Shown piece by piece: positions 27,342 through 33,812 of a DNA stretch of 42,810 bases (within the stretch, counting starts at the first letter, position 1; every line of letters begins with the position of its first letter). Source of the DNA: a virus. Made by a program: the position numbers and the translations under genes. The stretch lies in the UHGV virus genome UHGV-0330108. The stretch is one strand, 5' to 3'. The notes beneath the pieces were generated by a model. That model ran no database searches, was not told where the DNA came from, and worked only from the letters and a program-made list of their open reading frames with translations.

Positions 27342-27653
27342 TCAATTCCTTATATTGTTGGTGCAGGGATAACTATAATAGTTCGCTATTAGGTCGTCAA
27401 CCTCTTCTTTTGTTCCTACTACAAAAACATTTGCGTCACGTTTACGAAGCCGTTTGTGTTCCCGCAACTGATGGGCCTCCGGTTCCGTGTTTTCGTCTTT
27501 CTTCACCTCGACGAACCATATAACCCCTCCAGGAAGGGCTACCAGCAGGTCAGGCGCTCCGTTTCTACCCTCATAAGACAGCTTACGAACGAGGCCACCA
27601 ATGGCCTCGAATTGCTCTTTTGCGTATTTCTGTATTTTTCCTTCCGGGGTCAT
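27342..27653 (-). CDS. VRR-NUC domain nuclease
   Basis: ORF track frame 27342-27668; ATG at 27653; motif GAPDLLVALPGGVIWFVEVKKDE fits the VRR-NUC/PD-(D/E)XK signature. Confidence 0.7.
   Translation of the reverse strand: MTPEGKIQKYAKEQFEAIGGLVRKLSYEGRNGAPDLLVALPGGVIWFVEVKKDENTEPEAHQLREHKRLRKRDANVFVVGTKEEVDDLIANYYSYPCTNNIRN
27372..27400 (-). promoter_or_regulatory. sigma70-like promoter (minus: TTGACG-N17-TATAGT) with palindrome TAATAGTTCGCTATTA in the spacer
   Basis: Read on the reverse complement; lies inside the 3' end of the VRR-NUC gene, upstream of 27045-27338. Confidence 0.55.
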
Positions 27654-27802
27654 GAGCGCAGAACCCAAGTAAGGAAAGACCCTCCGAGAACGGCAACGCC
27701 CGCAAACTTAAAGAACAGGCCATAGCAGAACATCGCGGCTATTCCCGCACCGAGTAACAGTGCGATCATGGTTACTATCGTCCAAAATACAAACATTGTC
27801 AT
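27650..27802 (-). CDS. small membrane protein (50 aa)
   Basis: Not in the ORF track; ATG at 27802 with GGGAGGG 9 nt upstream; stop overlaps the VRR-NUC ATG (ATGA); hydrophobic. Confidence 0.35.
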   Translation of the reverse strand: MTMFVFWTIVTMIALLLGAGIAAMFCYGLFFKFAGVAVLGGSFLTWVLRS

Positions 27803-27884
27803 AATACACATCCCTCCCGTTTGGTATGCTCAATACCACATCGCGGACAGATTCGGCAGTCTTCTCCATAAAACCAGTAAATTT

Positions 27885-28016
27885 TCATTCCAGCACCCAT
27901 AGATAAATTGCGATGAACATGCCCAATATAGCAACCATCATGCCGTATTGGCCCTCGTGACAGTAGACACCGGCAGCGAATCCCGCCAGTACCGCGATAA
28001 TCAGTTTACTTGGCAT
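27885..28016 (-). CDS. small membrane protein (43 aa)
   Basis: Not in the ORF track; ATG at 28016 just after the DNA polymerase stop, GGAG upstream; hydrophobic. Confidence 0.35.
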   Translation of the reverse strand: MPSKLIIAVLAGFAAGVYCHEGQYGMMVAILGMFIAIYLWVLE

Positions 28017-30207
28017 AACGCTTCATCTCCGCACCTTCCGCGACCAAAGGGAACCCATCTGCCCACTCGGGCAACGCACACATTAATTTTTCCAGTTCAG
28101 CCACCGTGTATTCAGGTGTGTCTGGAGTTTCACACACCAGTTCATCGTGTACCGAAAGTACGATAGGATACCCACCGCCCTCAACATTAATCATCGCATA
28201 TGCGAGTAAATCACGGCACAGCGCCTGAACAATGTTTTCGCAGGCTTTGCCGCCGTGGGTGTACAGGGTAGTCCATTGGCGGGTTAACTGGTTTTCACCC
28301 TGATACTTGATTCGCACATTCGTGTTTACCCGGCCGTCTTCATCTGTCTCCTTTGTCACACTAACGCCGATTCCCGGATAAGAGAGGATGCGGCCCGACG
28401 GCAACTCCATGCATAACCACCAACCAGGAACCTTCCTTCCGGATGAATCAAATTCTACAGTACGCCATATGCGGATAGCCCTTTCGCCATTCCTGCGCAA
28501 GTGCGCTCCCGCCCAAAATTCACGACCTGGGTTACGGACAGCGGCTAAAATTCCGTCTTTAAGGTCACGCCAGAACGCTACTGTTTCCGGGTGTGACTCG
28601 CGCCACATACGCTTGATTGCGTCGCAGGTACGCCACACTTTTTTGTCCAGAATATACGATGGTCTGTCGTCCTTTTCACCTGGATGCGGTGGGCGCTTGG
28701 CTTCCTGGATGCGCGCCCATTCATATCCTCTCGCGGTGGCTGACCAGATGTGGTCGGGGAATGTACCGTCCATTGTTTTTGCCATCTCGATAAGGTCAAG
28801 ACCTAAGTTTTTGGCGAACGTAACGAACGCTCCGACGCCGCCCTCATAGCCGAGGCCAAGCTCGCAAGCCTTGCCTATCTGTCTGATTTCCTTGAAGTTT
28901 TTCTTAATATCGTCGGGGTCCATGCCGAACATCTTACCTGCGGTTACGCAGTAAATATCCAGTCCAGCGCGGAAAGTATCGAGCGCGGTTTCTTCACCAG
29001 CCAGCCACGCAAGCCCCCGGCCTTCAACGTTCGAGTAATCGGCGACGACAAACTTATGCCCTGCTTCCGGAATGATGCAACTACGCACCGTAGATGCTGT
29101 TAGCTTGGCTACATCGAAACGGCGATGAGCACGGCCTTTAAGTAACGCAGAAATGCCTTTATCCAGTTCATCATCGTGATAGTACCCACGCGCCAGGTTC
29201 TGCGGCTGGAAGCCTTTACCGGCCCATCGCAGAGTACGTTTTGCCCCGCCGTACTGCAAGCAACCACGACGGCGGTCGTCCGACGAGCGGCCCAACAGCA
29301 GCGGGTTATATTTCGTTGATGCGGTGGACGCCGCCCCGAGGCGCATTTCGATAATCGTACGCGCGTCGTCAGGTAAATCATCATCTGCCAGCAGGTCGTT
29401 AAGCGTAGACTTCTGCGCATTGTGGATGCGGTGCGCGGGCGCAAGTTCACGCAGAATAGGAAGGAAGTCTTTACCGGTAAGAGAGCCGCCGTATTTGCGT
29501 TGGGCTTCTTCCTGTAGCTGCGCTTTGTGCTTCTCCACGGCTTCAATTGCGGCTTCCGCCAGTGCAACGTCAACCTTAAACCCGCGGTCATTGATTACCT
29601 GGTCCAGTTCCAGCACACGGTCTTCGAACTCAGAGTTACCCCAACGCGGCAGTTTATGGAAGACTTCACGCATCGCAGTGATGTCGCTCACGGCGTACTT
29701 GATGAACAGCGCCCACTCGTCTGGGTGCGTTTCTGCTGTGTAACGGCGGATTTTGTAGTTCTTCGGCGTAGGTTTAGAAAAACGCTGAATCAGCGCCTTG
29801 CCGCGTTTATCTTTCGCGTTGTCTGCAGATACGCCCAGCACTTCGCACAACGCATCGAGAGAACCCGGAAGCGCGTGACGAAACGCCCAAATCATCGTAT
29901 CAATGGTGTTGCTTACCGGAATATCAAAGCCCCAGCAATGCTTCATGATGAGCCTGTCGAAAAGTCCACCGTTGTGCCATACCATCTTAATACGGCTGTT
30001 CGGCTTCACCAGACGGCGTAACGCGCGATGCAGGTCCCCTGGCATGTCGCTGCCGTCGGTGCAATCCCATACCTGTACAGGCTCGTCGTCAAAAGCATAG
30101 GTGCAGATAAGCACTTCTGTAGTCTGGTGTTCGGCGTAAGCGTAGGAACCGACTTTCTTTAAATCGGCTTCGGAGAATGTTTCAAAGTCTAAGAACAGGT
30201 AACTCAT
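28006..30207 (-). CDS. DNA polymerase, family A, with 3'-5' exonuclease domain
   Basis: Exo I motif LFLDFETFS; motif A VADYSNVEGRGLAWLAGE; motif B RQIGKACELGLGYEGG; motif C LSVHDELVCE. Confidence 0.9.
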   Translation of the reverse strand: MSYLFLDFETFSEADLKKVGSYAYAEHQTTEVLICTYAFDDEPVQVWDCTDGSDMPGDLHRALRRLVKPNSRIKMVWHNGGLFDRLIMKHCWGFDIPVSNTIDTMIWAFRHALPGSLDALCEVLGVSADNAKDKRGKALIQRFSKPTPKNYKIRRYTAETHPDEWALFIKYAVSDITAMREVFHKLPRWGNSEFEDRVLELDQVINDRGFKVDVALAEAAIEAVEKHKAQLQEEAQRKYGGSLTGKDFLPILRELAPAHRIHNAQKSTLNDLLADDDLPDDARTIIEMRLGAASTASTKYNPLLLGRSSDDRRRGCLQYGGAKRTLRWAGKGFQPQNLARGYYHDDELDKGISALLKGRAHRRFDVAKLTASTVRSCIIPEAGHKFVVADYSNVEGRGLAWLAGEETALDTFRAGLDIYCVTAGKMFGMDPDDIKKNFKEIRQIGKACELGLGYEGGVGAFVTFAKNLGLDLIEMAKTMDGTFPDHIWSATARGYEWARIQEAKRPPHPGEKDDRPSYILDKKVWRTCDAIKRMWRESHPETVAFWRDLKDGILAAVRNPGREFWAGAHLRRNGERAIRIWRTVEFDSSGRKVPGWWLCMELPSGRILSYPGIGVSVTKETDEDGRVNTNVRIKYQGENQLTRQWTTLYTHGGKACENIVQALCRDLLAYAMINVEGGGYPIVLSVHDELVCETPDTPEYTVAELEKLMCALPEWADGFPLVAEGAEMKRYAK

Positions 30208-30227
30208 TATTTTCGACCCTTAGTAAA

Positions 30228-30247
30228 AAGGCCCAATGAAGGGCCTT
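30228..30247 (-). terminator. intra-operon hairpin / weak terminator between the SSB-like gene and the DNA polymerase gene
   Basis: Minus-strand AAGGCCC-TTCATT-GGGCCTT followed by TTTACTA. Confidence 0.35.
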
Positions 30248-30266
30248 AGTTAAATTAATTCAGATA

Positions 30267-30896
30267 TTAACGACGGCGGCGTTCGCGGCGCGGTGCTCCA
30301 TCTTCTTCGTCGTCTTCCAGGTCGTCAGTGCTCGCTACTACACTGGAGCCGCCGAAGCGTTTACCTTCGCCCATATACTTGATGCCGAGGATGGTAGCGC
30401 ACAGGTTTTTCCAATCTTTGTGCCACCATAATTCTACAGATACGTTTGCGACACATCCGCTATACACCTGCTCGCCTTCTATTTCCTTTCCATCGATGTT
30501 GAAATCAGGCTCGGTTTGTTTTTCACCTTTAGCTGATGTCATAATTACCGGCTGGCGGTTGTTAGTAGCACGGAAATACAGACCTTCTTCAAAATCCTCA
30601 ATCGGATTGTCACGCATTGCCAGGTCGCGTACGCAGCATTTATCCGCATGGTGGTCTACGCCGTAGTTAGCCTTCATCCATTTCTCGGCGGCAGCTGCCC
30701 CGATTGCCTCTGTTACAACTTCCATAGCGGTGTCGTAAAGTGCATCGATTTGAGGATGATCTGGCTGCATAAGAACAGTAACCTGGTATTTACCCTTAAT
30801 CAGTTTACCGGTTTTCTTATCCTCAGAGTCCGCAGCACGTTCGAATACGTTAACCCAGGCAGTGTTTACTTTACGCAGATTCAGTTTAATACCCAT
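30267..30896 (-). CDS. putative ssDNA-binding protein (T7 gp2.5-like architecture)
   Basis: 209 aa with an acidic tail DDLEDDEEDG and replication-module context; assignment is tentative. Confidence 0.4.
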   Translation of the reverse strand: MGIKLNLRKVNTAWVNVFERAADSEDKKTGKLIKGKYQVTVLMQPDHPQIDALYDTAMEVVTEAIGAAAAEKWMKANYGVDHHADKCCVRDLAMRDNPIEDFEEGLYFRATNNRQPVIMTSAKGEKQTEPDFNIDGKEIEGEQVYSGCVANVSVELWWHKDWKNLCATILGIKYMGEGKRFGGSSVVASTDDLEDDEEDGAPRRERRRR

Positions 30897-30949
30897 CGTG
30901 ATTTCTCGCTTTTCAGTTTACTCCGGGAACTGCCCGGCCAGTTATTAGA

Positions 30950-30978
30950 ACTATAATAGTTAACTATTCAGGTGTCAA
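30950..30978 (-). promoter_or_regulatory. sigma70-like promoter (minus: TTGACA-N17-TATAGT) with perfect palindrome GAATAGTTAACTATTA in the spacer
   Basis: Consensus -35, near-consensus -10, 17-bp spacer; ~45 nt upstream of the ATG at 30896. Confidence 0.6.
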
Positions 30979-31211
30979 CCCTTCCAGCCAGTTATTTTCT
31001 CGACTAGCCAGATATACTTGTTTGGCCAGTTCAAATTGCGTACCCACTCAACTTCTTTGGTGTACACCAACTCCTCTAGTTCTATTTTCCTGCACTTAAA
31101 GGCGGTATACACGAAAAACGGAAGAAGCATTATAACTAGCGGCAGTATCAGAGCGTGATAAGTTAAAAACGCCACAAAACCGCCAATTACTCTGAACATT
31201 TTACGAATCAT
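30975..31211 (-). CDS. small membrane protein (78 aa from MIRKMF...)
   Basis: ORF track frame 30975-31241; ATG at 31211 overlaps the exonuclease stop, with GAGGAGGA upstream; hydrophobic core. Confidence 0.45.
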   Translation of the reverse strand: MIRKMFRVIGGFVAFLTYHALILPLVIMLLPFFVYTAFKCRKIELEELVYTKEVEWVRNLNWPNKYIWLVEKITGWKG

Positions 31212-32473
31212 TCCAAATCCTCCTCTGTTACCTGATTCCACTCAGGCCGTTTGTCGTCTGCCGTTGCAACACATGGCGCGCCTGGTTTACGGGTAATAAA
31301 CGGCTCAAGCGCTGCCATCTCATCCGCCGAAAGAACTTTTGCTGCCTCCGTAGGGGACATCAATACCTCTTTTTTTAGAATGTCGCCGTGTGACACTTCA
31401 ATCGCATCGGCATCTTTCCACGCACGATTACCGGGACGGCCTTCAACCAGTTTGTACCCCGGCACTTTCTTGCCGGAATGCAAAGCAGCAGCCATCGCTT
31501 TCTCAACCTTGCCGATGTGCTGGCGCAACAACGGCAACTTCTCATACTCAGCTACGAGTTGCTCTGGCGTAAGTTCCAGCACAAAGTCGTCTTCCGGTTC
31601 TTCTGCCAGTACCGCGTTAACGGTTTTTGTACGCGCAGCGCATTGTTCTGAGAAACGACACCACTGACAACCATCGACCGAAGGCTTAAAGTCTGACGCT
31701 TTAAGGTTCTTCTTGCCGCGGGAATAGGCGTCAAGAGCCAACAGTGCACGTTTCTGTGCAAACTTAGCAAACAGTTCAAGGCCTTTAACCGAGATGTCCC
31801 ACTCCGACGCGCCACCGGCGCACGGCTGGAAGATGACCAGACGAACGGTTGTTATGTTATAACGTCTCTTGAGTCTGCGATAAACACCGAGAGCGTAAAG
31901 CATAAGCTGCTTGTTTTCTTTCGCTTCGACACGATGCCGTCCTGTTTTAAGGTCACCGATAATGAGCATGTGCTCGTCTGTGTTAGCCAGTTCCTGTACG
32001 GCAACAAGGTCGGCGGTTCCGAATGTCTCAACGCCTTCGTACCCTGGATGTAATACCTCAGTAAGATTGACACGCATTTCCAGCTTGACGTAAGTAGCAA
32101 CGTCGATAATCGGTTTGCAGTAGTCGGTGTACTTTCGCACCTGCTCAATCATGTCAGCCGTAATTAGTACAGCGCCTTTCATATGGCTGATTAGCGCCTT
32201 AATCTGGCCTTTACCCTCATCCAGCACGTAAGCGCCGACTTCACGCTCTAACGGCAACGCGGTTCCGCGAATATAGGCGTTTAGATGTACCTCGGCTATG
32301 GTGTGCATGGCCGTGCCTAATACGGCGGCTTTACCGGACGTGTTAGGGATGTCTTTTTCACAGGCCAGCGATGCACTGCACGCCAGCCACTTTTTAGCGC
32401 CTGACGGCGACAGTAAGGCGTGTACGTCGTTATTGCCGCCGCGTTCCTTTAAAATCATACCCTGTTCTCCCAC
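31208..32473 (-). CDS. PD-(D/E)XK exonuclease (RecB/Cas4-like, with Cys cluster)
   Basis: Motifs GTADLV...IGDLKTG...KQLMLYALG; N-terminal LSPSGAKKWLACSASLAC and C-terminal CQWCRFSEQC cysteines. Confidence 0.75.
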   Translation of the reverse strand: MGEQGMILKERGGNNDVHALLSPSGAKKWLACSASLACEKDIPNTSGKAAVLGTAMHTIAEVHLNAYIRGTALPLEREVGAYVLDEGKGQIKALISHMKGAVLITADMIEQVRKYTDYCKPIIDVATYVKLEMRVNLTEVLHPGYEGVETFGTADLVAVQELANTDEHMLIIGDLKTGRHRVEAKENKQLMLYALGVYRRLKRRYNITTVRLVIFQPCAGGASEWDISVKGLELFAKFAQKRALLALDAYSRGKKNLKASDFKPSVDGCQWCRFSEQCAARTKTVNAVLAEEPEDDFVLELTPEQLVAEYEKLPLLRQHIGKVEKAMAAALHSGKKVPGYKLVEGRPGNRAWKDADAIEVSHGDILKKEVLMSPTEAAKVLSADEMAALEPFITRKPGAPCVATADDKRPEWNQVTEEDLE

Positions 32474-32727
32474 TGGTCAATTAAATGTCGCGTCTTGTGG
32501 TCACAATGCATAGCCCATCCATACATCGACTCGAAGACATAAAAATCAGGTTTAGCGAAAGTCGTGCGCTTAATCTGTGACACGTGACGGCCTATATCTT
32601 TAGGCCGCGGTACTTTGCCTAAGTACGCCATCTCTTCCATCTGGTGCGCACCGGACGGCGCACGTAACAGCCATAGTGCCTCTGTGTTATCCCGCCTGTC
32701 TACGGCGCGGTAGAGTTGGTAAATCAT
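32455..32727 (-). CDS. hypothetical protein (90 aa)
   Basis: ORF track; overlaps neighbours in operon fashion. Confidence 0.5.
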   Translation of the reverse strand: MIYQLYRAVDRRDNTEALWLLRAPSGAHQMEEMAYLGKVPRPKDIGRHVSQIKRTTFAKPDFYVFESMYGWAMHCDHKTRHLIDQWENRV

Positions 32728-32954
32728 TCGGCGTCCCTCGCTTCCAGCATTGCATCAGCCATGATGTACGCCATCTGAGCTACTTGCGCGGTGTTCCCCG
32801 CGGCTACAGGGTGAACTGCATCCGCTGGGTAACTAGCAAGCCACCCTTGAAGAGCTTTAGCCGCGAAGTAATCGCGCAATGACATGCCTTCTTCGGCATA
32901 ATTATGGTCTGACCCTGCAACAGGAAAAGCCTGTCCGCCTGTATTTTTACGCAT
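32724..32954 (-). CDS. hypothetical protein (76 aa)
   Basis: ORF track; ATGA-type coupling to the downstream gene. Confidence 0.5.
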   Translation of the reverse strand: MRKNTGGQAFPVAGSDHNYAEEGMSLRDYFAAKALQGWLASYPADAVHPVAAGNTAQVAQMAYIMADAMLEARDAE

Positions 32955-32997
32955 AATTCCGACCCTCGGTTAAAGCGGCCCGAAGGCCGCGAGATAG

Positions 32998-33453
32998 TTA
33001 TTCTTCTTCGAAATACTTGTTCTTGATTGCCGTCAGGCGTTCCAGATATTCAACCAGGTCTTCGTCTTTAATCGCGGCAATCTTCATCTTCTTACCGGTG
33101 AACTCTTCCAGCAGTTCATCGGAATCATCGCACGCGGCATCGCTTGGGCCTTCGTTAATCGCATCGTCGATAGCCTGAATCTGGTCACGCAGAGACTGAT
33201 AATCGACCTCTTCTTCCGGCTCTGGCGTTGGCTCCTCTACTTTAGCTTTACGCGGCTTGCGTTTTGGCTTCTCTTCTTCTTCTGCCGGTTTAGTGTCAAC
33301 GAGGTCTTCACCTTCGACCGGGATTTCTTTTGTTGCAACATTAGGCGTGATTGTTGCAGTTTCAGCAACGACAACCTGTTTTGCGCTGTTCGCGGCAATC
33401 AGTTCGTGCGCAACTACGAAACGTTCCAGTAATACTAAGAATTTCTCTAACAT
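32998..33453 (-). CDS. hypothetical acidic protein (151 aa)
   Basis: ORF track; GAGGAGAG RBS; first gene downstream of the promoter at 33486-33515. Confidence 0.5.
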   Translation of the reverse strand: MLEKFLVLLERFVVAHELIAANSAKQVVVAETATITPNVATKEIPVEGEDLVDTKPAEEEEKPKRKPRKAKVEEPTPEPEEEVDYQSLRDQIQAIDDAINEGPSDAACDDSDELLEEFTGKKMKIAAIKDEDLVEYLERLTAIKNKYFEEE

Positions 33454-33485
33454 TTTGTTTCTCTCCTCTCGTTTGGTATGGGCTA

Positions 33486-33515
33486 ACTATAATAGCGAAC
33501 TATTCATGTTGTCAA
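33486..33515 (-). promoter_or_regulatory. sigma70-like promoter (minus: TTGACA-N18-TATAGT) with palindrome GAATAGTTCGCTATTA
   Basis: Same architecture as 27372-27400 and 30950-30978; divergent from the XRE regulator gene. Confidence 0.55.
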
Positions 33516-33520
33516 TGGGC

Positions 33521-33549
33521 TTTTCTAAAATAATTAATATGGTACTATT
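33521..33549 (+). promoter_or_regulatory. putative promoter of the XRE regulator gene (-10 TACTAT within AATATGGTACTATTCA, weak -35)
   Basis: -10-like hexamer inside an operator-like half-palindrome, ~30 nt upstream of TAAGGAG. Confidence 0.35.
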
Positions 33550-33579
33550 CACATACCAACTGACTAAGGAGTAATTGAC

Positions 33580-33795
33580 ATGCAACCATCTGAACTAGGC
33601 ATCCGTGTAGAACAACGCCGCAAAGAACTTGGCATCTCCCAGCGCCGTCTGGCTGTCATGGCTGGCGTTTCCCAGGGCGCAATTAACCAGCTGGCACTTG
33701 GAGTAACTCAGGACGTCCGCCCGGCAACGCTGTTTAAACTGGCGGAAGTGCTTGAAGTAGACGCCAAGTGGCTGGCGTTCGGTGAAGGGGCTTAA
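33580..33795 (+). CDS. XRE-family HTH transcriptional regulator (Cro/CI-like, 71 aa)
   Basis: HTH segment ISQRRLAVMAGVSQGAINQLALG; TAAGGAG RBS; lone plus-strand gene with its own promoter and terminator. Confidence 0.75.
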   Translation: MQPSELGIRVEQRRKELGISQRRLAVMAGVSQGAINQLALGVTQDVRPATLFKLAEVLEVDAKWLAFGEGA

Positions 33796-33810
33796 CGCCC
33801 CTTTATTTTT
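33786..33810 (+). terminator. rho-independent terminator after the XRE regulator gene
   Basis: AGGGGC-TTAAC-GCCCCT followed by TTTATTTTT; the stop codon sits in the loop. Confidence 0.6.
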
Positions 33811-33812
33811 AC

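Noticed and set aside
28388-28849. 153-aa plus-strand ORF inside the DNA polymerase gene
   Set aside because: Lies entirely within the minus-strand polymerase gene, which has all family A motifs; no RBS. Also rejected for the same reason: other antisense ORFs inside the polymerase (29109-29591, 29324-29743, 29527-30021).
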